From: Deltaproteobacteria bacterium
GTDB lineage: Bacteria; Desulfobacterota; Syntrophobacteria; BM002
DNA length: 64,000 nucleotides
Assembly (NCBI GenBank): GCA_022340905.1
Contig: JAJDNB010000037.1
Span: 2,150-66,149 of the forward strand
Direction: 5' to 3'
Below are positions 29,816 to 39,230 of this stretch, in pieces. Every line of letters begins with the position of its first letter. The first letter of the stretch is position 1. The notes under the pieces are model-generated. The model was not told the DNA's origin. It saw only the letters and a list, made by a program, of their open reading frames with translations, and ran no database searches. Made by a program: the position numbers and the translations under genes.

Positions 29816-30526
29816 TTATTGATTTGCAGACTTTTCGCATTCAGAGGTCCGGTATGTTCTCATTCGCGCCAGATCGAAGGCATAGTCATAAATATGGAGA
29901 CCTTTAGAGGCCACAATCATTTCCCCGTCTTCGACACCAATCTCACTTGCCATGTATTCCTTCAAGAGTTGGATTCCGCCTAAATTTGCCGGATACCCGT
30001 TCCAAGCATCCCATGAGCGGAAATAGACAAAGAAATGAATTCGCTCGTCTTGAATACGCGTGTCAATCTGGCGCAGGCATGGTGGATCTTCCAGCTTCAA
30101 GTCGGTGGGCATTCCTACGGTCATTACCATCTGATTATTGCGGAACCCGTGACGCTTGTAGGTATCAATGACCGTCTGGATTTGGTCGATACCCACCCCC
30201 CCAGCTAATCGTTCGCCGTAGGTGTAATCCTCGTCTGGCTCTTTATGAGGAGTCATAAGATATGGCAAGTAATTGTCAAGGTAGTCGTCCGCCACTGGAT
30301 TGGGAATACCTAAATGGGCAGGGATATCTGGTAAAAGTGGTCGCCCGCCAGGATGTTTAATATGAACTGTCACGTAATCAAGCTCTAATCGCTTTTGTCC
30401 CGCATAGGAACCTCTGTCAATAACAAACTCACGTCCGTGATCGAGTAAGTTCCAGATAATCTGAAACCAGGAATCTGGAAGTGTGGTGGCCTCAATGAAA
30501 ACAGGATTCAATGATACCTTCCTCAT
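29816..30526 (-). CDS. thymidylate synthase family protein (archaeal/methanogen-type ThyA-like)
   Basis: 236 aa. FFVYFRSWDAWNGYPANLGGIQLL resembles the ThyA active-site region. Confidence 0.5.
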   Translation of the reverse strand: MRKVSLNPVFIEATTLPDSWFQIIWNLLDHGREFVIDRGSYAGQKRLELDYVTVHIKHPGGRPLLPDIPAHLGIPNPVADDYLDNYLPYLMTPHKEPDEDYTYGERLAGGVGIDQIQTVIDTYKRHGFRNNQMVMTVGMPTDLKLEDPPCLRQIDTRIQDERIHFFVYFRSWDAWNGYPANLGGIQLLKEYMASEIGVEDGEMIVASKGLHIYDYAFDLARMRTYRTSECEKSANQ

Positions 30527-30566
30527 CCCTCTCTCCCTCTCAGCCAGCGTCGGCCCGGTGTTAGCC

Positions 30567-31319
30567 TCAAGAAACGGTCTCTCGTTTAGAGCTTTCTTCT
30601 TGAGCTAACTCTTCTCCCCGAATCGAAATCTTGACAGTGTCTATGGGGATCTGCTTACCGCTGGCTTCTAATGCTTTGTTTACCACGTGCAGGAGGCCTC
30701 CACAGCAGGGAACCTCCATATAGCCTATAGTGATTGCTTGTATATCATTGTTGGCAAAAATTTGCCCCAACTTCTCCACGTAGAATTTGCTGTCGTCCAA
30801 TTTGGGACAGCCAACCGCCAATATTTTACCTTTGAGCAAACGCTGATGAAAAGCTCCCATGGCAAATGGAACGCAGTCAGCCGCAATAAGCAACTCTGCC
30901 CCATCGAAAAATGGAGCATTCACCGGCAGCAGGTGAATTTGAACAGGCCAGTTTCTCAGTTCTGAGTTTTGACCACTTGTTTCCTGCACCGCTGCCGCAG
31001 AAGATTGCGGCTGGAAATGTATCAGTTTTGAACCGGGACAGCCGACTTCAACCTCTTTAGGCTGTTGCTTGTCCCGTAGTCTTTTGACGTGCTCTTCTGT
31101 AGCCTTTTCGTCAAATGGATCTGAATCCTTCATCACAATTTCTAGGGCCCCTTGCGGGCATTCACCTATGCAAGCACCCAAGCCGTCACAATAGATATCT
31201 TTTATGACTTTTGCCTTGCCGTCCCGGATCTCAAGAGCCCCCTCAGCGCAGGAAATCACGCATGACCCACAACCATCACATTTTTCTTCATCTATTTCTA
31301 CTATGTTTCTCATTGCCAT
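30567..31319 (-). CDS. 4Fe-4S dicluster domain protein with C-terminal Cys-containing domain
   Basis: CDGCGSCVISCAEG and CDGLGACIGECPQG are ferredoxin motifs. The C-terminal domain carries CPKLDD and EVPCCGG. Confidence 0.65.
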   Translation of the reverse strand: MAMRNIVEIDEEKCDGCGSCVISCAEGALEIRDGKAKVIKDIYCDGLGACIGECPQGALEIVMKDSDPFDEKATEEHVKRLRDKQQPKEVEVGCPGSKLIHFQPQSSAAAVQETSGQNSELRNWPVQIHLLPVNAPFFDGAELLIAADCVPFAMGAFHQRLLKGKILAVGCPKLDDSKFYVEKLGQIFANNDIQAITIGYMEVPCCGGLLHVVNKALEASGKQIPIDTVKISIRGEELAQEESSKRETVS

Positions 31320-31588
31320 CTTGCACCTCCGCTCTCATTTTGACCGTTTTCCCTAATGATAATACACCTCGGCCCACAGTGCTTTGATCTAAGTCAAATA
31401 GCGGAGCTTTGACTGTCTTCTCTGGGTAATTCCTGAGTCAAAAAAAGCTAACATGGAATCTCAGGTCTGGCAATGATAAAACTCGCCAGGGGTAAAGAAA
31501 GAGAATCGTACGGCGGCAGTCCAAATACTCCCCTTAAAACCCTTTAAAAATTTACAGTGGATCATTATAATGGGCTGGAAGTGGAGTA

Positions 31589-32101
31589 GTGCAGCCACGT
31601 GCCATGTCCATTCCACTAGTTTCGAGTGATCGAGGGGAGAAAAGCATGACAGAAGAGACCATGGTTACCATCAGTGAAGTCTACCTCAAAAGCGACCGCA
31701 GCTCTGGCAACATGGTAGTACTCAAGGAGAGCGAAGAAGACCCAAATCATTTTGTCATGTTTGTGGGTGATTCGGAATTCGCGGCCATTGCCAAGGAAAA
31801 GGGGCTCGTAGAGCCAAAGAGGCCTTTAACTCATGATCTCTATCTACGAATAAGTGATAACCTGCAGGTTGAATTCCTGCGAATAGAGATATACGACATG
31901 AAAGAGAACACTTACTACGCCAATGTGTTTTTTCGCGCCAATGGTCAGGAGCTTACGGTAGATTGCCGACCCAGCGATGCCGTGGCACTAGCCTTAAATA
32001 GGAAGATCCCTATTTTGGTTAATAAAAAACTGTTCCGTCGCGAACTTACTAGGGAAGAGATCAAAGAATACGAGGAGATTTGTAAGACGGTGAAATTCTA
32101 G
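31589..32101 (+). CDS. bifunctional nuclease (BFN/DUF151) family protein
   Basis: VVLKE...HFVMFVGDSEFAAIA...RPLTHDL matches the DUF151 pattern. The true start is likely an internal M. Confidence 0.6.
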   Translation: MQPRAMSIPLVSSDRGEKSMTEETMVTISEVYLKSDRSSGNMVVLKESEEDPNHFVMFVGDSEFAAIAKEKGLVEPKRPLTHDLYLRISDNLQVEFLRIEIYDMKENTYYANVFFRANGQELTVDCRPSDAVALALNRKIPILVNKKLFRRELTREEIKEYEEICKTVKF

Positions 32102-32183
32102 GTTGCTGCAGGTTAATACCAAAATGTGCGGATTCATGCAGCTTCCCCTTTGGTGCACAATTAGTACGGATGTAAGCTGCTGA

Positions 32184-32435
32184 TTACTCTGAAGCTTGGT
32201 CGTTCGATTTGACGATTTTTTCGGTTGCCTCTGCCAGGGCCACAAATGCCCTGATCACATCAAAATGCTGCATTATCAATTTTATCTGGTGTTCCACTAG
32301 TTCGTTTTTGCTCATTTTTTCCAGTTCAGCCTTTATCTCCTCAGGTTTTAATTCCTGCTGACTAATTTTTTTAAGCTCAGGTAGTATCTGTTCAAACGCA
32401 CGCAAAGTGGTCATTGGGTCGCCGGTTTGGCCCAT
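32184..32435 (-). CDS. hypothetical small protein
   Basis: 83 aa ORF followed upstream by a 760-bp ORF-free region. Confidence 0.3.
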   Translation of the reverse strand: MGQTGDPMTTLRAFEQILPELKKISQQELKPEEIKAELEKMSKNELVEHQIKLIMQHFDVIRAFVALAEATEKIVKSNDQASE

Positions 32436-33199
32436 TTTCAGCTCCTCTCTTATTCAATCTCGACTCCCGTTAACTTGCCTTTCGAGATTTTCCTTTCATC
32501 TTTAGCTCTCATGCATATGACGGCGATGAGACAAATCATTTTAGGATTTACTCGGCCCTAGTAATTTCCTACGCACTGAGAATAATACCCTGAGGAACTC
32601 TATTTCACAGAAGAAGTGAAGAGTCTTACCCCGTAGAGGCCGGCTATCCGTAGACAAACCCTTCACGCTATTCTTACTCGTATGATCCCCTGCGTCTCCG
32701 CTTATTCAAGCGTCTCAATGCTTTCTGGTTCTTAAGCCTGCTTCTCTCACCCTTACTCAAATGGTAGCGATGTCTTTTGATAGAAGGCCCGACGTTTCTC
32801 TGAAAGTCTTTTTTGAGCCGCTTCAGCCGTTGCTCAAAACTACTCAACTCTCGCCGCCTCTCTCTGTAGTAAATGTCTAGTAAAAACCTAAAATATCAGA
32901 CTCAATGTGAGGTAATCTGGGTAAGTCAAGAAGTGGAAGCATTCCATAAAAGTGCTAGGCAGAGGTGATGTAATGCCAATTCTGTCTGCACTCTTTGGCC
33001 TTAAAAGTTAGACAAAATATTTTAGATACACTCTTAAAGGAAATCCTTCCACACAATCTATGACTGCACTGGCCGTATTTCGATGGTGACCATAGCAGCA
33101 TTTCCTTTGATAATCAACTGGCAATCTATTTCAGAAGTTTCCCTAAAAAATCTTGGCAAAATAGGCCACGAAGAAGTTCTTGACTATCTGTTCAACCAC

Positions 33200-34471
33200 C
33201 TAAGTCGAAGAGGATTCTGGTTCTTGTTTACGAAAGACTCTGATTCTGATGAGGGCGTTTTCGAACATCTCTTCCACTTGAAAGCGAAATCTTTCCCATT
33301 TTATCTCTTCACTGATTTCGGGTAACCGACCAAAGAGAGTCAAGACGAGCCCAGCAAGGGTCTGATATCCGTCTTCCGGCAAATCCCATTTTAACCATTT
33401 GTTTAAATCACGTATTGAAATGCTAGCATCAATCAGAAAAGATCCATCTTGCTGCGGTTGGATCTTTCGAAGAAACCTATCATGTTCATCCTGAATCTCA
33501 CCGACTATCTCTTCAAGGATATCTTCCAGTGTCACAATCCCCACAACCTCACCGTATTCATCAACCACAAAAGCCAAGTGAGTTCTGGTCCTTTGAAAAT
33601 CCACCAACTGCTGACGTACCGACTTAACTTCCGGTACATAGCTCGCTTTGAGCATTATTTTTCGGAGCGAAAAATCCCCAGCTGAGCCGGACCACTTGAG
33701 CAGATCCCTGATGTGAATAAACCCGATGACCTCACCTTTGTCTTCTTTGTATACAGGATAGCGAGAAAATTCGCTTCTTTTTAACCCAGCCAGAACCTCA
33801 TGGTAAGGCGTGTTCATTTCGAAGGCAACCATGTCTCGGGTGGGTATCATCACAGACTCCACCGAAATGCTGTCCAGGGCCAACACTGCCTGAAGCATTT
33901 CTTCTTCTCTTTTCTTCAAGATCCCTTCCTCAGCGCCCACCTTGATCATTGTCGCGATTTCCTCGATGCCTGCGAGAGCCCCAGGACCAGGTTTCTCGAG
34001 ACGCGCAGCCACAATGAGCATGTTGCTCATTGCAGAAAGAACCCGGACTATAGGGTAGAGCACCTTAATGAGCCAGTAGATAGGCCGAACTATGAGAATG
34101 GCCATCTGCTCTGGATAGTAGGCTGCAATGGTCTTGGGAGTAATTTCCGCGAACACCAAGATGATCAGGGTCATAATCAGGGTGGCCCAGATTACGCCCC
34201 CTTCACCCACCAGACTTATTGCCATCCAGGTGGCAAGAGCCGAAGCCGCCACATTGACCAGATTGTTTCCAAGTAGGATCGTACCAATAAATTTCTCAGG
34301 CTCCCCCAGGGTCTTCTCCACCAGCCGGGCCCTTCTTCTTCTCCGGCTAAGGTGACGAATGCGCCATCGATCAACAGCCATCAGAGCGGTCTCTGAACCT
34401 GAGAAAAAGGCTGAAGAGACAATAAGAAAGATTAGTCCCAGCAGAACAAAAGGCCAGGCTGCCACACTCAT
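33200..34471 (-). CDS. CNNM/CorC/HlyC family transporter (DUF21 + CBS pair + CorC_HlyC)
   Basis: 423 aa. N-terminal DUF21 TM domain, CBS pair and C-terminal transporter-associated domain. Confidence 0.85.
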   Translation of the reverse strand: MSVAAWPFVLLGLIFLIVSSAFFSGSETALMAVDRWRIRHLSRRRRRARLVEKTLGEPEKFIGTILLGNNLVNVAASALATWMAISLVGEGGVIWATLIMTLIILVFAEITPKTIAAYYPEQMAILIVRPIYWLIKVLYPIVRVLSAMSNMLIVAARLEKPGPGALAGIEEIATMIKVGAEEGILKKREEEMLQAVLALDSISVESVMIPTRDMVAFEMNTPYHEVLAGLKRSEFSRYPVYKEDKGEVIGFIHIRDLLKWSGSAGDFSLRKIMLKASYVPEVKSVRQQLVDFQRTRTHLAFVVDEYGEVVGIVTLEDILEEIVGEIQDEHDRFLRKIQPQQDGSFLIDASISIRDLNKWLKWDLPEDGYQTLAGLVLTLFGRLPEISEEIKWERFRFQVEEMFENALIRIRVFRKQEPESSST

Positions 34472-34696
34472 AACCTCTCCTTCACTTTATGAATTGACCA
34501 TGCCCATGGTAATAGTCCCAGGTCTCCAAGATACAGGAGTTTGCTTGCCTCTAAAGGTGCAGTTTGTTATATAGAAATCGAGGGTTGGAGTGCTGCTCAC
34601 GGTTTTCCTTCACCTCAGAAGCCTCTGCTGTGTAAAGAAAGAATTGGCCTTCTTCCGACCAGCAGGGGCTTTCTTATACGAGGAGGTAGATTGGTT

Positions 34697-34852
34697 ATGA
34701 CGAAAGATGAAGAAAAAATACTGAAGGTTGCCAAGGAAGTGGTGGTAAAGTTCATTGAGATCGGTCGGGTTTCTCCCACGCAGTTTGAAGGTGTCTTTCA
34801 AAGTGTCTTCCGCACCATCAAATCAAGCGTCAGCTTCAATGAGCCAGAGTAG
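34697..34852 (+). CDS. small hypothetical protein (51 aa)
   Basis: AGGAGG RBS upstream of the ATG. It is convergent with acpP. Confidence 0.3.
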   Translation: MTKDEEKILKVAKEVVVKFIEIGRVSPTQFEGVFQSVFRTIKSSVSFNEPE

Positions 34853-35044
34853 TAGTATTTTGATTTGCCCCTGGAATCAACTGCCGCTGGTCAGGCAACT
34901 AGTTATACTCTCAGTATAAGGGGCCATGGCAGTTCTTGCAACCAGCTGTAATTTTAGCTCTAGATTAACGAATTATCCAGGCTAGCGTACGGCCAAAAAC
35001 ATGGCTCACCTCCCCACACCTGTTACTCGACGGGGATCTTTCTG

Positions 35045-35095
35045 TAATAAAAAAAGCGGCCACAGCTTCAGATGTGCCAAGGCCGCCAAATTTTC
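35045..35095 (-). terminator. rho-independent terminator downstream of acpP (bidirectional hairpin)
   Basis: Minus strand: gcggcc ... ggccgc stem followed by ttttttt. Confidence 0.45.
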
Positions 35096-35108
35096 GCTCT
35101 CAACTTTT

Positions 35109-35357
35109 TTATGCAGCCTGAAGAGCATTCTCCATATGGCTGAAGATATCCTTAACACTCTTGATTTTTTCTGCTTCCTCATCTGGAATTTCAAGGTTGA
35201 ACTCTTCTTCCAGTGCCATGATCAACTCAACCACATCGAGGGAGTCCGCGCCCAAGTCATCCACCACGCTGGCCTCAGGGGTCACGTCTGCTCGATCAAT
35301 TCCCAGTTGATTGGCAATAATCTCTACGATTTTATCTTTCATTACACCCGCATCCAT
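35109..35357 (-). CDS. acpP: acyl carrier protein
   Basis: [19 protein letters not shown] has the phosphopantetheine attachment motif. GGAGGA RBS. Confidence 0.85.
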   Translation of the reverse strand: MDAGVMKDKIVEIIANQLGIDRADVTPEASVVDDLGADSLDVVELIMALEEEFNLEIPDEEAEKIKSVKDIFSHMENALQAA

Positions 35358-35599
35358 TGGTTATCCTCCACGTATTAAGTCAAAATTTTTAAGTCGTTTA
35401 CCTAATCAAGATGTTTCATCAATCCGTCTGGAACGGATCCTAGAATTGTAAGAGCCAATATCAACCTCAACCGATCCTGCTCGCCTTCGAATAGTTTCAG
35501 CTCAACGATTGACAATCCTTTGCATTGTGCCTGAGCATCCCCCCTTCCCTTTCTGTCTATATACCAGCCGCAGCCTAAGAACTTTTTCGGTCACCTGGA

Positions 35600-36565
35600 C
35601 TAGCCAAAGGGAATTTCTTTGGACAGTGCAGATGGCTCAGGTTTTACGAATCCGTAAAAGAGGGCCTCGGTCACAGTGTCCATTTCATCCACCAAGGAGT
35701 AATCGGTTTCGCTTGCCAACCACTTTTGCATCACACCATCGATAAAACCCATTACTCCATAGAAAACCGTATGAAAATCCATTTGCTTTAAGTGACCTTT
35801 TCGAGCTGCGAGGAAAATCTTTCGCTTCAGCAACGGCACCCTCTTAAGAATATTGCCAATATAGAGGGCTTTAACCTCCGCACCAAAATCGCTCTGCTCC
35901 TGAATAAGGACTTTATAAAGATCTCGGTTATGGTCAAAGAAGGAGAAGTATGTTCTCAGATACGTCTCAATAATATCCAGTACATCAGCATGAGGATCAA
36001 TGGCTCCCTGCACCCTCTCCTCCAGCTCGGCAACCTTCAAGCGGATAAGCTCGGAAAACAACCCTTTTTTGCTATGAAAGTGGCGGTATACCGTTCCCTT
36101 CCCTAGGGCAGCACTCTCCGCAATCTCATCTACCGTAGTTCCATGAAAGCCCTTGGCGGAAAAAACCTCCAGGGCTGCTGCCAGAATCTTATCCCGGGTA
36201 TCTGCTGTCTGCGGTCTAACCGGATCTCTCTGTCCAAATCTTTTAGAGAACTGGCGGGTAAGAAGACGTTCGCTAAATTTAGTCTGATCCACTCCCCAGC
36301 TCTTAGCAACCCTAATAATCTCCCGCACCCAAGTGGAGATGGAATCTTCCACCTCACTGTTGGTTGAAATAATTTCAGAAACCCCTTCTTCAAAAATCGA
36401 AATCAGGGTCTCCATGTCTTGTCCATTGCCCGTGGTTGCCTCAACCAGGGTGTTTTGCCAAAATAGGTGCCAAGCATCTGGATCCGCTGCCGCACCCCGC
36501 GAGAGCAGATCCAAAAGCTCAGCCCGCTTGTTTTTATCAAAATTTCTTCCTACATAACTTGACAT
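35600..36565 (-). CDS. TetR/AcrR family transcriptional regulator with an about 120-aa N-terminal extension
   Basis: The TetR HTH (ILAAALEVFSAKGFHGTTVDEIAESAALGKGTVYRHF) begins at about residue 125. Confidence 0.7.
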   Translation of the reverse strand: MSSYVGRNFDKNKRAELLDLLSRGAAADPDAWHLFWQNTLVEATTGNGQDMETLISIFEEGVSEIISTNSEVEDSISTWVREIIRVAKSWGVDQTKFSERLLTRQFSKRFGQRDPVRPQTADTRDKILAAALEVFSAKGFHGTTVDEIAESAALGKGTVYRHFHSKKGLFSELIRLKVAELEERVQGAIDPHADVLDIIETYLRTYFSFFDHNRDLYKVLIQEQSDFGAEVKALYIGNILKRVPLLKRKIFLAARKGHLKQMDFHTVFYGVMGFIDGVMQKWLASETDYSLVDEMDTVTEALFYGFVKPEPSALSKEIPFG

Positions 36566-36664
36566 GATCGAAACCTGAAAATATTGTGACTGACCAGTCC
36601 GTCATTATCTCTAATTAATCGTAAGTGTCAAGTTCTTTTTACAGAAGATCAAGGAAACACACAA

Positions 36665-36850
36665 TAAATCCTAAATCCGAATATCGATCCGCCGTAGGCG
36701 GACTAAACAAATCAATCTGGATGTGAGATCTGAGATCTGAGATGTGGGATAATGAATACCGATGGAAGTCTTGAATCTCACATCCCATATCGCACATCCC
36801 ACATCCGTAGGTGAAGATCTGTTTCGTGCTTAGGATTTAGGATCTTGAAT
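36665..36850. repeat. Family D palindromic repeat, copy D2, nested with an outer inverted repeat
   Basis: Outer aatcctaaatcc / ggatttaggat. Inner atctggatgtgagatctgagatctgagatgtgggata ... tctcacatcccatatcgcacatcccacatccg. Confidence 0.65.
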
Positions 36851-36881
36851 TTAGTGGTGGCTAAGCTCATTCTGTAGGTAG

Positions 36882-37355
36882 TTATCTTGGGATGGTTTGC
36901 TTGATTCTATAGATGGGGGGTGAGCCGCCGTGTAAACGCTGGTAAGCCCTATGGATCACTTCTCTGGTCTCCTTTGTAAGTGTGTATTCGTCCAGAGCGG
37001 AGAAAGGTACCTGAGCACAAGAAATAGCATCACTACTGGCCTGCAATTTACCTCCCCTTTTACGACAGAGAAAGTCTAACAGTACATAATGGAACTGGAC
37101 CTGGCCCTCCCTGTCCAAAAAAATCCTATCCAATGTCGCAACTAACTCCAACACCTCAACTTCGAGTCCAATTTCTTCCCTAACCTCTCGTATAACAGCC
37201 TTTTCGAGCGTCTCTCCGAGTTCCACCACCCCTCCGGGTAGCGACCATTCTCCATAGGCTGGCGGTCTACCTCGGCGCACCAGTGCGATCCGGTCATTCT
37301 CTATGAGAATCGCAGCCACCCCAATTATTGGCCGTTCTGGGTAATCCCTCGGCAT
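36882..37355 (-). CDS. NUDIX hydrolase
   Basis: Nudix box [24 protein letters not shown]. Confidence 0.8.
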   Translation of the reverse strand: MPRDYPERPIIGVAAILIENDRIALVRRGRPPAYGEWSLPGGVVELGETLEKAVIREVREEIGLEVEVLELVATLDRIFLDREGQVQFHYVLLDFLCRKRGGKLQASSDAISCAQVPFSALDEYTLTKETREVIHRAYQRLHGGSPPIYRIKQTIPR

Positions 37356-37434
37356 GGCTAGCTACTTTCCATTGCAAGCATTCAGAACTTGTCGTCTCAA
37401 CCAAAGAGCACGAGAGCAGAGTGGTTGCCAATCA

Positions 37435-37535
37435 CTCGATGTGTGATCTGAGATGTGGGATGTGGGATTGAAAAACCTAGTCCAGACTTTGTCACATCTC
37501 ATATCGCATATCCCGCATCCGATTCCTAAATCGGT
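37435..37535. repeat. Family D palindromic repeat, copy D3
   Basis: cgatgtgtgatctgagatgtgggatgtgggattg ... cacatctcatatcgcatatcccgcatccg. Confidence 0.65.
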
Positions 37536-37580
37536 TTCGCGCTCGGGCGGTATAATCGCCCTCCTTGTGTTGACTCGATC

Positions 37581-38216
37581 TTAGGGTTTACATCGGCGCC
37601 CCGGGCTAAAACCTTGGTACAAAGCTTCATAACGGCTTTCAAAAATAACTCGGTTATGACCTGCGGTCTGAAGGCCAAACTGGCAATGAGGTCGATGGAA
37701 TACCCAACTCCGTTTGTTCCCCAGGTAAAACTTTTCGGGTTTGGCAACAGGTAGCGACCAGATACCCTTCTTCTCTTTCAAGGCCCGACGTTGCAGATTC
37801 AGCATTCTTTGCCAGTAGCGTACCCTTGACTGGCCACGCATGAGATGCGCATAGCCCTGGTGAATCAGTTCACCATTGACGAATGTACCATCTTCAAGAA
37901 AAACATAAGCCAGCAGCCGACCATAGTGGTCGCGTGACTCCTCTGCCAACTCGAGGGTCAGCCAATGGCCCATTACCAACTTCCGGTTGAATGTTCGGGC
38001 CTCATCACCAAAGGGCTCGCCGGGTTCATCATCGTGAACTACTTCAGGAGCATTTATGCCAGCATAGCGCAGCCTTTCACCACCCATGAGAACTACTGTG
38101 TCACCATCAACCACCCAGCGCACTTGGGCACATTTTTCAGCCCCATACACTACCGAGGCGGCCAGGATGCAGGCTATTGAAATAAGATGGAGTGTAAGTG
38201 TAAGGCGCTTGAACAT
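37581..38216 (-). CDS. thermonuclease (staphylococcal nuclease-like) family protein, secreted
   Basis: Signal peptide followed by an SNase-like core (VVDGDTV...RLLAYV). Confidence 0.65.
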   Translation of the reverse strand: MFKRLTLTLHLISIACILAASVVYGAEKCAQVRWVVDGDTVVLMGGERLRYAGINAPEVVHDDEPGEPFGDEARTFNRKLVMGHWLTLELAEESRDHYGRLLAYVFLEDGTFVNGELIHQGYAHLMRGQSRVRYWQRMLNLQRRALKEKKGIWSLPVAKPEKFYLGNKRSWVFHRPHCQFGLQTAGHNRVIFESRYEALYQGFSPGRRCKP

Positions 38217-38224
38217 ATTTAATC

Positions 38225-38300
38225 CAGTTTTCAGGTGTCAGGTTTCGGGTTTCAGATGTGAGGAAAAAAGAATCTGAAACCTTAACACTGAAACCTTATT
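38225..38300. repeat. Family E palindromic repeat, copy E1 (ggtttcag units)
   Basis: ttttcaggtgtcaggtttcgggtttcag ... tctgaaaccttaacactgaaacctt. Confidence 0.55.
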
Positions 38301-38302
38301 AT

Positions 38303-39004
38303 TTACCCGCGTCGGTGGCCACAGCGACGATCCACTTCTGCCATCATCTCGTTGAGTCGATCTTGAACCAGCTGTCTGTACCTTTCCAGAGCCTGACCTG
38401 AGCTGTCAGCAGGAACATAGATGGGCTCACCAAAGGCTATGCAGACCTTGCTCCAGGGAAGAGGAAGCATAGTCTTGTCCCAACTATCCCTGATGGTTAT
38501 TACGCGGTTGCCTGACCAGATAAGGGGAATGAGTGGCGCACCGCTGAGTTTGGCTAGGTGGATCATACCTTTCTTCGCAACGTAGGCTGGCCCTCTGGGA
38601 CCATCGAGGACCGTCGCACATCTCTTTCCTCCCCTCACCATATAGGCTCTCATTTGCTCCAAAGCATCTCGCCCGCCCTTGTGCGAAGAACCGCGGGCAG
38701 GAACAACACCAAAGCCAGCGGCGTATTGGGTTAGCATTTCCCCGTCTTTACTCTGGCTTATCATTATCATGGGACGAAGGTCACCAAAAAAATAAAGAAA
38801 GTAGATGGACGCCCGATGCCAGGTGCCGGCAACGATAGGCCTGTCTGTAAGGAAGTACTCACGGTAGATCCGTTCATTGACCATTGTCACCCGGCAGGTG
38901 CTAAACCATAGACGTACAACTGGAACCAAAATCTTCCGGATAAGACGGCTGACAAAGGTGTCGTGAGCAAAATCTCGAACTCGAAATGTTCTTCTTCCAC
39001 CCAA
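38303..39004 (-). CDS. DUF374 / lysophospholipid acyltransferase-like protein
   Basis: 233 aa. Its length and conserved blocks are consistent with the DUF374 family. Confidence 0.5.
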   Translation of the reverse strand: MGGRRTFRVRDFAHDTFVSRLIRKILVPVVRLWFSTCRVTMVNERIYREYFLTDRPIVAGTWHRASIYFLYFFGDLRPMIMISQSKDGEMLTQYAAGFGVVPARGSSHKGGRDALEQMRAYMVRGGKRCATVLDGPRGPAYVAKKGMIHLAKLSGAPLIPLIWSGNRVITIRDSWDKTMLPLPWSKVCIAFGEPIYVPADSSGQALERYRQLVQDRLNEMMAEVDRRCGHRRG

Positions 39005-39049
39005 TGATCGCCACCGTTACCTGATGCCTAACCCAACGAATCTGATAGC

Positions 39050-39230
39050 CAGTAATCCAAATCCAAAATTCCAAACCTCAAACACCCAATTACGAGGTTT
39101 TAGGTTTCAGTGCTCAGGTTTCAGGTTTTTCTTTTTGTTCTTCTTTTGCTGACGCCTGAAACCTGACACCAGAAACCTAAATACTCAAGTCCACAATCTG
39201 CAGTCTGCAATCCAAAATCTTCAATCTAAT
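39050..39230. repeat. Family E palindromic repeat, copy E2, plus flanking aatccaaaat direct repeats
   Basis: gaggttttaggtttcagtgctcaggtttcagg ... gcctgaaacctgacaccagaaacc, followed by caatctgcagtctgcaatcc. Confidence 0.55.
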
